Counted from the stretch's first letter, positions 41,516-51,638 are shown. The stretch is 62,801 nucleotides of DNA from an uncultured bacterium (GCA_903880655.1 CAIRQE010000106.1:1-62801); one strand, 5' to 3'. The notes: generated by a model not told the origin, from the sequence alone. Translations and numbers: made by a program.

Positions 41516-41653
41516 TTTTCACTCCCTCCCGCCAAAACACCCCCCGTCACTAAAATAAGTGCCAAAGCAAAAAAATTTTTCTACAAAAATTTAGAAAACC
41601 ATGATAGGCTAGAGATTATCTGAACCTTTGAGTTCTGCGCATACTGGTATATT

Positions 41654-42241
41654 ATGGATCCTGAATTAGAAACAATTCTAGAATTAGAAGCCCTTTTAGC
41701 TCCATCCGAGCGAAGTGCTGAGAGCACCTTTTTACAAGCCCAAGAAGTGTTTGCCGACAGATCATTCTTACTGAACAACGGCGTACCTTATACAAAACTC
41801 CCCCCTGAATTTACAGCCCAAGAAAAGAACGAAGCCTTGAGCATTTTTCTTGAACAGCCCGATGCACCTCTTGCACCTACTACATCCGGCGCCGCGAAAG
41901 CCCTTGAGAAACTATTAAAACGGTTCGACTACAATCTCCCCAATGCAACAAACAAGATGCGGCAGTATCTAATCTTTAAGATGTTTGAATTGGCAGAAAG
42001 TGATGACCCTAAGTTAGCTATAAAAGCCCTAGAGATGCTAGGTAAGGTGTCAGAGATTGGGCTGTTCAGTACCAAAATAGAAATAGCAACGACTGATAAG
42101 CCTACAAAAGAGTTAGAAACAGAGCTTTCAAGTTTATTAGCCACATACTCACTAGGGGATTTAGTTGCTAGAGAGGTTAAAGAAGCCCCACAAGAGATTA
42201 CTGACGAAGAATTACGAGGAGAAGTGCATGATGAGGCCTGA
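41654..42241 (+). CDS. acidic protein immediately upstream of the large terminase; candidate small terminase subunit
   Basis: 195 aa. Called on position only; no motif recognised. Confidence 0.35.
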   Translation: MDPELETILELEALLAPSERSAESTFLQAQEVFADRSFLLNNGVPYTKLPPEFTAQEKNEALSIFLEQPDAPLAPTTSGAAKALEKLLKRFDYNLPNATNKMRQYLIFKMFELAESDDPKLAIKALEMLGKVSEIGLFSTKIEIATTDKPTKELETELSSLLATYSLGDLVAREVKEAPQEITDEELRGEVHDEA

Positions 42242-42328
42242 AGATGACGTACGTTTAGCGATTATAAGTTGGGCGGTATTAGTTGCAGGGCTTGTTGCCC
42301 TTTATTTTAACCCTCTAATGCATTGTTG

Positions 42329-43813
42329 ATGAAAGATAAACTAGCAGCTTTACCTGAATCTGACCGTATACACCTTGCGCAGCTTATAAAAGAGCTAAAA
42401 AAGCGTAAGGCTAGGGCAGATGCACAGACAAGCTTCTTATCTTTTGTGCAGGAAGTGTGGCCTAGTTTTATTTATGGGCGGCACCATGCGCGTATAGCGA
42501 AAGAATTTGAACGAGTGGCTAATGGTGAGTGCAAAAGACTGATTATTAACTTAGGTCCTCGTCATACTAAGAGTGAGTTCTCTTCTTACTTGCTACCTGC
42601 GTGGTTTTTAGGGCGCTTTCCAGAAAAGAAAGTCATTCAGTGTTCGCATACGGCAGAGCTTGCGGTAGGTTTTGGTCGTAAGGTACGTAACTTAGTAGGG
42701 TCGGACGAGTATCAGTCCATATTTCCGGGTGTAGGGCTACAAACAGACTCTAAAGCGGCGGGGCGATGGAACACAAACGCGGGAGGGGACTACTTCGCTA
42801 TCGGGATCAGCGGTGCTGTAACGGGTAAAGGTGCTGACCTACTGATAATTGATGACCCACACTCTGAAGGCGATGCGGTTATAGCGCAGTACAACCCTGA
42901 AGTGTACGATAAGGTGTATAGTTGGTACTCATCTGGTCCTCGTCAGCGGTTACAGCCCGGTGGGGCTATTGTTATAGTTATGACTCGTTGGAGTCTACGT
43001 GACTTGACAGGGCAGATATTAGAGTCTGCAGCAATGGGGGGCGACAAGTGGGAGGTGATTGAGTTTCCAGCCGTATTACCTAGTGGCAAACCGCTTTGGC
43101 CTGAGTTCTGGCCCATTGAAGAGTTAATGGCGGTAAAGGCTGAGATACCTAGCGGCAAATGGCAAGCACAGTACCAGCAGCAGCCCACATCTGAGTCTAC
43201 GGCTATCGTTAAGCGAGAGTGGTGGCAAGAGTGGGAGAAGAAAGAGCCACCTGACTGTGACTTCCTGTTGATGTCGATGGATACGGCGTTTGAGAAAAAG
43301 ACCAGTGCTGACTACAGCGCCATCGTGATATTTGGTGTGTGGAACAACCCTGAAGACGGAGATCAACCGAACTTAATACTGTTAGAAGCTTGGCGAGAAC
43401 GGCTAGAGTTCCCTGATTTAAAGCAACGGACATTAGAGTTTTATCAAGAGTGGGAGCCAGATGGTGTTATTATTGAGAAGAAAGCATCAGGAGCTCCGCT
43501 AATATATGAGTTAAGACGTATGGGCATTCCTGTCCAAGAGTTTACACCTTCACGCGGACAAGATAAGATATCACGACTAAATGCAGTATCTGACATGTTT
43601 GCTTCTGGAAAGGTATGGGCTCCATCTACTCGATGGGCTGAAGAAGTGATAGACGAAGTGGCTTCGTTTCCATCAGGTAGGAATGATGACTTTGTAGATG
43701 CTGTAACCCTAGCTCTTGCGCGGTTTAGGTCAGGAGGCTTCATTGGTTCAGCTAAAGATAAGGATATTGATGAAGACAGCTGGTTAATAAAGAAACGTGC
43801 TAACTACTACTAA
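42329..43813 (+). CDS. terL: terminase large subunit
   Basis: Walker A-like LGPRHTKSE, Walker B ADLLIIDDPHSE, nuclease-half MSMDTAFE. ATG at 42329 preferred over the TTG at 42323. Confidence 0.9.
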   Translation: MKDKLAALPESDRIHLAQLIKELKKRKARADAQTSFLSFVQEVWPSFIYGRHHARIAKEFERVANGECKRLIINLGPRHTKSEFSSYLLPAWFLGRFPEKKVIQCSHTAELAVGFGRKVRNLVGSDEYQSIFPGVGLQTDSKAAGRWNTNAGGDYFAIGISGAVTGKGADLLIIDDPHSEGDAVIAQYNPEVYDKVYSWYSSGPRQRLQPGGAIVIVMTRWSLRDLTGQILESAAMGGDKWEVIEFPAVLPSGKPLWPEFWPIEELMAVKAEIPSGKWQAQYQQQPTSESTAIVKREWWQEWEKKEPPDCDFLLMSMDTAFEKKTSADYSAIVIFGVWNNPEDGDQPNLILLEAWRERLEFPDLKQRTLEFYQEWEPDGVIIEKKASGAPLIYELRRMGIPVQEFTPSRGQDKISRLNAVSDMFASGKVWAPSTRWAEEVIDEVASFPSGRNDDFVDAVTLALARFRSGGFIGSAKDKDIDEDSWLIKKRANYY

Positions 43814-43839
43814 CGAACAAATAACTTAAGGATCCATCA

Positions 43840-46332
43840 ATGGCTGAAGTTCCAAACAACATATTTAAGGCAATGCAACCGCAGAGTCCCTTTTTAACAG
43901 AAGATGATGAAGCACCGATTGAGGTTGATATAGGGGATCCGATGAACCCTATTGAGACTGAGGTTGATGTAGAGATGGAACAAGAGCCGGGGTTTGATGC
44001 GAACCTCGCGGAGTACATGGATGAGGCGGATATGGCCTCGTTAGTAGCTGACTTACTTGATGACTTTAACAATGACAAGAACGCTCGTAAAGAGTGGGAG
44101 TCTACCTATATAGACGGCTTAGATTTGTTAGGTTTAAAAATTGAAGAGCGTTCAGAACCTTGGCAAGGTGCTTGTGGTGTATACCACCCCATGCTAACAG
44201 AAGCGGCTATCCGCTTTCAGTCTGAGATGATCTCTGAAACATTTCCTGCTCAGGGACCTGTAAAAGCCCGAATAATCGGTAAAGATGACCCTGATACCCA
44301 GAAGTCTGCGGAACGTGTTGTAGAAGACATGAACTACCAGCTTACGGAAAAAATGACTGAGTTTAGACCTGAACACGAAAAGATGTTGTGGTCCTTAGCA
44401 TTGGCAGGAGCCGCGTTTAAGAAAGTATATTTTGACCCCTCACTAAACCGTCAGGTAAGTATGTTTGTACCTGCGGAAGATCTGTATATCCCCTATGGAG
44501 CCTCTGATGCACGTACTTCAGAGCGACTGACTCATGTCATGCGTAAAACCAAGAATGATGTTAAGAAGCTACAGTATGCGGAGTTCTATCGTGATATAGA
44601 CCTTGGTGAGCCAACAAAAGACCTTGACGATATTCAGAAGCGCAAAGACGAGGCTGATGGGTATAAAGCCACATACGACAATAGATACAGACTATTAGAG
44701 ATGCAGGTTGAGTTAGACCTTGTTGGGTTTGAAGATGTTGATGATGACTCAGGTGAAGAGACAGGCATAGCCCTGCCATATGTTGTGACCATTGAACAAG
44801 GCACACAAGAGATTTTATCCATTAGACGTAACTGGGATGAACATGACCCTCTTAAACAAGCTAAGCAACATTTTGTACAGTATACTTATATCCCCGGTTT
44901 CGGTGCTTATGGCTACGGTCTTATACATCTTATTGGTGGTTTTGCTAAATCTGCAACTTCTATTGTCAGACAGTTAATTGATGCAGGTACACTAAGTAAC
45001 CTACCCGGAGGCTTAAAATCTAGAGGTATGAGGATTAAAGGTGATGATACTCCGATCATGCCGGGTGAATGGAGAGACGTTGATGTTCCGTCAGCTAATA
45101 TTAAAGACAACATCTTACCGCTTCCTTATAAAGAGCCAAGCCAAACATTATTCACATTACTACAAAACGTAGTAGAAGAAGGCCGTAGATTAGCTGCAGT
45201 TGCTGATGTTAAGCTGGATAATATGAATGGAGAGGCGCCAGTAGGTACTACACTGGCTATCTTGGAAAGAACTCTAAAGGTGATGTCGGCTGTTCAGGCT
45301 CGTGTTCACTACTCGATGGAGCAAGAGTTTAAGTTAATTGCAGCGTTGGTAAGAGACTATACTGCCCCTGCTTATGATTACATGCCAGAGTTTGATGCTG
45401 AACCCTCAGCTAAGAAAGAAGACTACGATAAGGTTGATATTATTCCAGTCTCTGATCCAAACGCTAGTACTATGGCACAAAGGATCATTCAGTACCAAGC
45501 AGCTATCCAGTTAGCTCAACAATCTCCACAAATATACAACTTACCTGTATTACATCGTCAAATGCTTGAAGTTATGGGTATTAAAGACGCGGACAAGATA
45601 GTTATTGTGGAAGAAGATCAAAAGCCAACTGATCCTGTTACAGAGAATATGGACATTCTTAAAGCTAAACCTGTCAAAGCGTTCATAGAACAAGACCACG
45701 ATGCGCATTTAACAGTGCATAACAGTATGCTAACTGACCCTAAGATAGCGGCAGCAATGGGGCAAAACCCTCAAGCTTCTGTCATAAAACAGGCGTTAAT
45801 GGCACATATCATGGAGCATGTGGGCTTCCAATACCGTAGAGGTATAGAGACTCAATTAGGTACTACATTACCTCCAGAAGATGCAGAGTTAAGCCCTGAA
45901 ATGGCAGTACAACTGGCAAAACTATCTGCTGATGCAGCTAAACAATTACTACAAGCGAACCAAGCTGAACAAGCCCAACAAACGGCTCAACAGCAAGCAC
46001 AAGACCCTGTAGTACAGATGCAGCAGAAAGAGTTACAACTTAAAGAGCAAGAGATCAATAACAAAAAAGAGATCGAGCTTAAGAAGATTGACGCTAGTAA
46101 AGAGATAGCGATGCTAAACAATGAGGCTAAATTAATGCTTCAAGGCGAAGACGCTAAGGTTCAAGGGTTATTTAAAGGAATGGATATGGCTACTCAACAG
46201 ATAGAAGCTCAAAGACAAGCCGCGGTCCCACCAATGCCTTTAGCTGGGCCACAAGGGGCTCCAGCAGCGCCTCCACCACCACCACAAGGAGCGCCAGCAC
46301 CTGCACCACCTCCACAACCACCTATGGGTTAA
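43840..46332 (+). CDS. portal (head-to-tail connector) protein with extended Q/A/P-rich C-terminus
   Basis: 830 aa, directly after terL. The N-terminal two-thirds resemble podovirus-type connectors (my recollection). Coiled-coil and PPPP tail. Confidence 0.75.
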   Translation: MAEVPNNIFKAMQPQSPFLTEDDEAPIEVDIGDPMNPIETEVDVEMEQEPGFDANLAEYMDEADMASLVADLLDDFNNDKNARKEWESTYIDGLDLLGLKIEERSEPWQGACGVYHPMLTEAAIRFQSEMISETFPAQGPVKARIIGKDDPDTQKSAERVVEDMNYQLTEKMTEFRPEHEKMLWSLALAGAAFKKVYFDPSLNRQVSMFVPAEDLYIPYGASDARTSERLTHVMRKTKNDVKKLQYAEFYRDIDLGEPTKDLDDIQKRKDEADGYKATYDNRYRLLEMQVELDLVGFEDVDDDSGEETGIALPYVVTIEQGTQEILSIRRNWDEHDPLKQAKQHFVQYTYIPGFGAYGYGLIHLIGGFAKSATSIVRQLIDAGTLSNLPGGLKSRGMRIKGDDTPIMPGEWRDVDVPSANIKDNILPLPYKEPSQTLFTLLQNVVEEGRRLAAVADVKLDNMNGEAPVGTTLAILERTLKVMSAVQARVHYSMEQEFKLIAALVRDYTAPAYDYMPEFDAEPSAKKEDYDKVDIIPVSDPNASTMAQRIIQYQAAIQLAQQSPQIYNLPVLHRQMLEVMGIKDADKIVIVEEDQKPTDPVTENMDILKAKPVKAFIEQDHDAHLTVHNSMLTDPKIAAAMGQNPQASVIKQALMAHIMEHVGFQYRRGIETQLGTTLPPEDAELSPEMAVQLAKLSADAAKQLLQANQAEQAQQTAQQQAQDPVVQMQQKELQLKEQEINNKKEIELKKIDASKEIAMLNNEAKLMLQGEDAKVQGLFKGMDMATQQIEAQRQAAVPPMPLAGPQGAPAAPPPPPQGAPAPAPPPQPPMG

Positions 46333-46360
46333 AAATGGAAAAGAACTTGGAGAAAGCTAA

Positions 46361-46702
46361 ATGAACAACTTATATGACAACACAAGATTAGTTTCTATAT
46401 ATAAAAATGATGTAGGTGGTCATCCTGTTATTGGTTATACCCACCCTTATTGTATGCTATCTGATGCTGAGCAGTTGCGGGTTGTATTATATGCTAAAGA
46501 CCAATTAAATACTGAAATACAGCGACTCCTAAAACGTAGAATGAGTGAAGAACGTAAAGAACTCTTAAAGCTTGGAGCTGCAGCTTGGAAAATAATAGAT
46601 AGAGCTTCGGGGGAATATGTAATTCAACAAGTGTTACCTAATATAGACTTTGAACTTGAAGAAGTAATACCGCTTTATGCAGCACCACAGGAGGCTAAAT
46701 GA
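46361..46702 (+). CDS. hypothetical protein (113 aa) ending in VIPLYAAPQEAK
   Basis: The C-terminal PLYAAP resembles the PLYTAPP block of two early proteins. Confidence 0.5.
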   Translation: MNNLYDNTRLVSIYKNDVGGHPVIGYTHPYCMLSDAEQLRVVLYAKDQLNTEIQRLLKRRMSEERKELLKLGAAAWKIIDRASGEYVIQQVLPNIDFELEEVIPLYAAPQEAK

Positions 46703-46890
46703 TTGAAGAATATAAAAAACAATATGTAGTTCAAGAGCGTTTTGAAGATGAGCCTGAAAGGTTATTTCAGATATTTTATACATTAGAGGCTGCTGAACAA
46801 TTTGCAAAAGAACATGCAAGAGCGCACTACAGCTACCCAATATCAGAGGTAATATACAACCCTCAAAAACTTGAGCCTTATAACATATGA
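46699..46890 (+). CDS. hypothetical protein (63 aa)
   Basis: ATGA overlap with the upstream gene. Confidence 0.45.
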   Translation: MIEEYKKQYVVQERFEDEPERLFQIFYTLEAAEQFAKEHARAHYSYPISEVIYNPQKLEPYNI

Positions 46891-47072
46891 AAACTGTACT
46901 AGATGTACTGCGTAGAGATCTTGAAGATGAGATAGTTGCTCACATGGACGCCCTTGCAAAAGGGCGTGTTGAGGACTTCCCAGCTTACAAATTATTGGTA
47001 GGGACTTTATCGGGTCTGTCCTTAGCTCTTAATCGTTTAAAAGACCTGCAAAAAATCGAGGAAGAAAATTAA
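46887..47072 (+). CDS. hypothetical protein (61 aa)
   Basis: ATGA overlap with the upstream gene. Confidence 0.45.
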   Translation: MKTVLDVLRRDLEDEIVAHMDALAKGRVEDFPAYKLLVGTLSGLSLALNRLKDLQKIEEEN

Positions 47073-47470
47073 TGAGTACCAAAGATATAGGAAATATAGA
47101 TACGGATGCTACTATCGAAAAAGGGGAGTCATTAGCTGACCGCTTACCAGATCCGGTAGGTTATAAGCTTTTATTGATTAAACCTAAGATAGTGGACAAA
47201 ACAGCAAGCGGTATTGAAATGCCAGACGCTTTCAAAAAGAAAGAAGAGGCAGGTGCTGTAGTTTGTATGGTGCTTAAAGTAGGCAACATGGCTTATGAAG
47301 ATAAAGTAAAATTCCCAACAGGTCCTTGGTGTCAAGAAGGTGATTTCGTGTTAATTGGAGCATATCGTGGTTCACGATTCTCTGTTGATGGGGAAGAGTT
47401 CATCTTAGTAAATGATGACATGATTGAAGGTACAGTTGCTGACCCACGTGGCATTTCTAGGGCGTATTAG
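47072..47470 (+). CDS. GroES/Cpn10-like co-chaperonin
   Basis: YKLLLIKPKIVDKTASGIEMPD..AGAVVCMVLKVG..EGDFVLIGAYRGSRFSVDGEEFILVNDDMIEG follows the Cpn10 pattern. Confidence 0.5.
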   Translation: MSTKDIGNIDTDATIEKGESLADRLPDPVGYKLLLIKPKIVDKTASGIEMPDAFKKKEEAGAVVCMVLKVGNMAYEDKVKFPTGPWCQEGDFVLIGAYRGSRFSVDGEEFILVNDDMIEGTVADPRGISRAY

Positions 47471-47478
47471 GGGGGTGT

Positions 47479-47721
47479 ATGAGAAGTAGATTTGATTACA
47501 TAGCTTATGATGAAGAAGCTAAAGCCCACCAAGCACAACTTAAATTGTTATTTACCGCTGTAGAAGATAAGTTATGGACTTTGGCTAATACCAGATACAT
47601 ATCTTTAGCACTTACTTCTTTAGAAGAGTGTTACATGTGGGCGGGCAAAGCTACTCGTGACGATCAACTCGTTCGCAACAATTATGAATTTAGTCTTGAA
47701 GAAGAAAGGAGCAATAGCTAA
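47479..47721 (+). CDS. hypothetical protein (80 aa)
   Basis: ORF in the head-module register. Confidence 0.45.
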   Translation: MRSRFDYIAYDEEAKAHQAQLKLLFTAVEDKLWTLANTRYISLALTSLEECYMWAGKATRDDQLVRNNYEFSLEEERSNS

Positions 47722-48620
47722 TGGCTGAAGAATACGAAAACGAAGATATTGATGTAGATCTTGATGGGGGCGATGATTACGAAGTTGATATCGTAGACGA
47801 TACTCCTGAAGAAGATCGAGGTAGAACTAAGTTAGCTGATGCAGAGGACGATGACGATGATGAGTTAGAATCATACTCTAAAGGCGTTCAAAAGCGCATT
47901 AATCAGATAAACCATAAGTACCACGATGCTAAACGTGAGAAAGAAGCTTTAGAAAGACAAAATGCTGAAGCTATACGTATTGCTCAGGCTATTCTTGCAG
48001 AAAACGAACAGTTAAAAAGCACACTTAACTGGGGGCATCAGGAGTATACGAAGGAAGCTCAAGGTCGTTTAGAATACGCACATAAAATTGCGCAGGATAA
48101 ATACCGTCAAGCTTTTGAAACGGGTGATACAGATGGAGTACTTGAAGCACAGGAAGAGTTAAGCGAATTAGCCAATCAAAAACGGCAATTAGCTAACTTG
48201 GTGCCGCCTGTACAACAAAAAGCTTTACAACCACAAAGTAATGATGTATATATTCCACCATCAGTGCCAGAAGCGCCACCAAGAGACTATAAAGCCGAGA
48301 GCTGGGCTGGAAAGAATCCATGGTTTGGTAAAGATGAAGAGATGACCGCCTTCGCTTATGGACTGCACGAAAAATTGGTTAAATCCGGTGTAGACCCTAC
48401 CTCTGACGAGTATTATCAGCGAGTAGACTCCCGCATACGGGAAGTATTCCCAAAGAACTTCGACAAAAAGAAATCTTCACCAGTGGCATCGGTAGGTAGA
48501 ACTACCGCACCTAAAAAAGTCACTCTGAACACATCTGAAGTCGCTATAGCAAAACGTCTTGGAGTACCTTTAGAGGTATACGCCAAGTACAAAGTAAAGG
48601 AGCAACAACTTAATGGCTAA
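47721..48620 (+). CDS. scaffolding protein candidate
   Basis: 299 aa. Very acidic N-terminus and coiled-coil-like middle. Position between the portal and capsid genes. Confidence 0.55.
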   Translation: MAEEYENEDIDVDLDGGDDYEVDIVDDTPEEDRGRTKLADAEDDDDDELESYSKGVQKRINQINHKYHDAKREKEALERQNAEAIRIAQAILAENEQLKSTLNWGHQEYTKEAQGRLEYAHKIAQDKYRQAFETGDTDGVLEAQEELSELANQKRQLANLVPPVQQKALQPQSNDVYIPPSVPEAPPRDYKAESWAGKNPWFGKDEEMTAFAYGLHEKLVKSGVDPTSDEYYQRVDSRIREVFPKNFDKKKSSPVASVGRTTAPKKVTLNTSEVAIAKRLGVPLEVYAKYKVKEQQLNG

Positions 48621-49074
48621 CGTACAAATTGACAGAGCACCACGCTCTACAGAAACACGCGAAAAAGAAGTTCGTCCAGTATCATGGAAACCTGCGCATG
48701 ATTTGCCAGCTCCAGACCCACAAGATGGCTACGTGTTTCACTGGAAAAGAGTTTCTATGATGGGGGTGCCTGATCCAGCGAATATGGCTAAGGCCAAACG
48801 CGAGGGGTGGATACCTTGTCAAGCGGAAGATCATCCTGAGTTATTGTCTGACTTTGCTGCCTTTGGTTTAAAACCCCAAGGGTTGATTGAAATTGGTGGA
48901 CTTGTTTTGTGTAAGACTACTGTCGAGAACTCAAACGCTCGTAAAGAGTATTACGCTAATATGTCCAGAGCGTCTGTGGAGTCTGTTGATAACAACTTCC
49001 TACGCGAAAATGATCCTCGGATGCCCCTTTTCTCTGAAAAAGCATCTAAAGTGTCTTTTGGTCGCGGTTCCTAA
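48613..49074 (+). CDS. hypothetical head-module protein (153 aa)
   Basis: ORF overlaps the scaffold gene end by 8 nt. Confidence 0.5.
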   Translation: MANVQIDRAPRSTETREKEVRPVSWKPAHDLPAPDPQDGYVFHWKRVSMMGVPDPANMAKAKREGWIPCQAEDHPELLSDFAAFGLKPQGLIEIGGLVLCKTTVENSNARKEYYANMSRASVESVDNNFLRENDPRMPLFSEKASKVSFGRGS

Positions 49075-49113
49075 ATAGTTAGGACCGTGTTGAATCTTAT
49101 TTAGGAGTTATAT

Positions 49114-49824
49114 ATGGCTTATCCTAGCAACGTCGGTCCCTACGGTTTTTTACCGAATACCCTAGAAGGCTTTCAGCCTTACGCTGGTGCAACTCGGTAT
49201 TTACCGATTGCTTCTGGCTACGCAAAAAATATTGGTTATGGCGATCCTGTGTCTCTATTAGCTGATGGTACTATCGCACGTGTAGATTCATCTACTGGAG
49301 CTAAAACTGCTTGGGCTATTAACCCAATCGGTATCTTCATGGGGTGTTCTTATACTAGCCCGACTATGAAATATAAAGTCTTCTCACAATACTGGCCTAC
49401 TGGAACTTCTGCTTCTGATGCCGTTGCTATTGTTGCTGACGACCCACAAATTTTAATGAAGGTTAACTTGACTAATGCTGGTACAGCTTACACTTCTGGT
49501 GCTGCTACTCTGGCTGATGTTGGTCAAAACATTGGTTATTTCATTCCTACTAACTCAGGTTCTATTGTTGATGGCGTTAATACTGCTACTGGTAACAGCG
49601 CCATTTCAGTTGATTTGGCTTCTAAAAACGTTACTGTTACATTGCCTTTGCGCGTTGTTAGTATGGTTCAAGAAACTGCATTATCTGACGGTACGTTTGT
49701 AGAAGCTTTCGTAGCTTATACACCACCTAACTATACTGTTACTCAATCGGGTACTACTCCGTTTGCTGTTTCAGCGATTAATGTTGTTGGTGGCCATGCT
49801 TACCGCAACCCTGTCGGCATTTAA
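49114..49824 (+). CDS. structural protein preceding the capsid gene (decoration or second capsid protein?)
   Basis: 236 aa. Strong AGGAG RBS. Position mirrors the lambda D-E arrangement. Confidence 0.45.
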   Translation: MAYPSNVGPYGFLPNTLEGFQPYAGATRYLPIASGYAKNIGYGDPVSLLADGTIARVDSSTGAKTAWAINPIGIFMGCSYTSPTMKYKVFSQYWPTGTSASDAVAIVADDPQILMKVNLTNAGTAYTSGAATLADVGQNIGYFIPTNSGSIVDGVNTATGNSAISVDLASKNVTVTLPLRVVSMVQETALSDGTFVEAFVAYTPPNYTVTQSGTTPFAVSAINVVGGHAYRNPVGI

Positions 49825-49836
49825 GGAGTTTAACTA

Positions 49837-50751
49837 ATGGCTGCTATTTCACGCGCGCAACTACTAAAAGAACTACTTCCCGGTCTTAACGCTCTGTTCG
49901 GTTTAGAATATGATCGTTATGGTGAGAAGTATAAAGAAATCTTCGAAACTGAATCATCTGATCGTTCTTTCGAAGAAGAACAAAAACTGTCTGGCTTTGG
50001 TGCCGCTGCGGTTAAAAACGAAGGCTCAGGTATTACGTATGACAATGCGCAAGAAGCTTGGTCTACTCGCTACACCCACGAAACTATCGCTTTGGGCTTT
50101 TCTTTAACTGAAGAAGCTATTGAAGATAACTTGTATGATTCATTGTCTGCTCGTTATACAAAAGCATTGGCTCGCGCTATGGCGTACACCAAAGAAGTTA
50201 AAGGCGCTGCTGTACTAAACAATGCATTCAACTCCAACTATACTGGTGGTGATGGCAAATCTTTATGTAACAGTGCACATCCTTTAGTTTATGGTTCAAC
50301 AATTTCTAACGTCCCAGCTACACCAGCTGATTTGAACGAAACTTCATTGGAAAATGCGGTTATTCAAATTGCCTTGTGGACTGACGAACGTGGTTTATTG
50401 ATTGCTGCTAAACCTAAAAAATTGGTTCTACCTCCTGCATTACAATTCGTAGCAACCCGTTTGTTAGAAACTGAATTGCGTGTTGGTACAACTGACAATG
50501 ATGTGAACGCTCTTAAGAACAACGGCTCAATTCCCGGCGGCTATACTGTTAACCCATGGTTGACTGATACAAATGCTTGGTTCTTGTTAACTGATGTTCC
50601 AAACGGTCTGAAACATTTCGTTAGAACTCCATTAGCTACTTCCATGGATTCGGACTTTGACACCGGAAACTCTCGCTATAAAGCAAGGGAACGCTACAGC
50701 TTCGGGTTCTCGGATCCTTTAGGTGTTTTTGGTTCAGCTGGTTCATCTTAA
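49837..50751 (+). CDS. major capsid protein
   Basis: 304 aa. AAGGAG RBS and a strong terminator immediately downstream. The sequence pattern resembles gpT/E-type HK97-fold capsid proteins (my recollection). Confidence 0.75.
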   Translation: MAAISRAQLLKELLPGLNALFGLEYDRYGEKYKEIFETESSDRSFEEEQKLSGFGAAAVKNEGSGITYDNAQEAWSTRYTHETIALGFSLTEEAIEDNLYDSLSARYTKALARAMAYTKEVKGAAVLNNAFNSNYTGGDGKSLCNSAHPLVYGSTISNVPATPADLNETSLENAVIQIALWTDERGLLIAAKPKKLVLPPALQFVATRLLETELRVGTTDNDVNALKNNGSIPGGYTVNPWLTDTNAWFLLTDVPNGLKHFVRTPLATSMDSDFDTGNSRYKARERYSFGFSDPLGVFGSAGSS

Positions 50752-50787
50752 TTTATTAAGATAAATCAGTAACTTAGAGTAAATTAA

Positions 50788-50811
50788 GGGCTCCTTCGGG
50801 GGCCCTTTTTT
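50788..50811 (+). terminator. rho-independent terminator after the capsid gene
   Basis: GGGCTCC-TTCG-GGGGCCC followed by TTTTTT. Confidence 0.8.
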
Positions 50812-50950
50812 ATGTCCGACTCGGACACATTTGCGGTTGTGACGCAATCACAAACCTCCTATCGAGTATTACCTGTGTCAAAAAATAAAGCTTGTATTAT
50901 TTTTATACTCCTGTATATTACATGTGTCAAAGACCAAACAGGAGATAGCA

Positions 50951-51535
50951 ATGTACAATCAATACCCAACAACTCGTAAAGAAGCCCAAGAAACTAAAGC
51001 AACTCATTACTTTACAGGATTACCCTGTAAACATGGACACATAGCCCTGCGTAAAACCAAAGGCACATGCATGGACTGTTTAAAAATAGAATGGGAAGAG
51101 ACCAATGCTAAACGTGCGCTACTACCTAAATCTGAGGCTAGTAAAAAAGCAGGTAAAAAATACTACGAAAATAATAAGGAGCTAATTAAATCTAAAGCTC
51201 TTGGTCGTTCTTTAGAGGACAGAAAAAGGTATAGGGATAAATGGGCAAAGGATAACCCTGAATTGCGTAAAGCTAATACCAAACACCGTAGAACAAAGCA
51301 TAAACAAGCTACACCTAAATGGCTAACTCAAGAACAGAAAACTGCGATTAAACAGTTTTATCTGGACGCTATGGCGGCTACTAGAGTTACAGGTACGCCC
51401 TATGTTGTAGACCATATAATACCTCTACGTGGTAAGCTCGTAAGCGGTTTGCATGTACCGTGGAATTTAGCGGTGATAACCCGTGAAGAAAACCATATTA
51501 AGGCCAACAAATTAATTGACACTCCACCAAAATAA
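50951..51535 (+). CDS. HNH homing endonuclease (paralogue A)
   Basis: YVVDHIIPLRGKLVSGLHVPWNLAVITREENHIKANK. ATG at 50951 is preceded by CAGGAG. Own promoter-like TTGTAT-N16-TATATT upstream. Confidence 0.75.
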   Translation: MYNQYPTTRKEAQETKATHYFTGLPCKHGHIALRKTKGTCMDCLKIEWEETNAKRALLPKSEASKKAGKKYYENNKELIKSKALGRSLEDRKRYRDKWAKDNPELRKANTKHRRTKHKQATPKWLTQEQKTAIKQFYLDAMAATRVTGTPYVVDHIIPLRGKLVSGLHVPWNLAVITREENHIKANKLIDTPPK

Positions 51536-51638
51536 ATGTTATAAGGAGTACATATCTGAGAATATTTTTAACTGCCTACTCGACTGACTCAGCAGATCCG
51601 CACACAACGATAGGCGCAAGTGCAATAAGGAATTAAAT

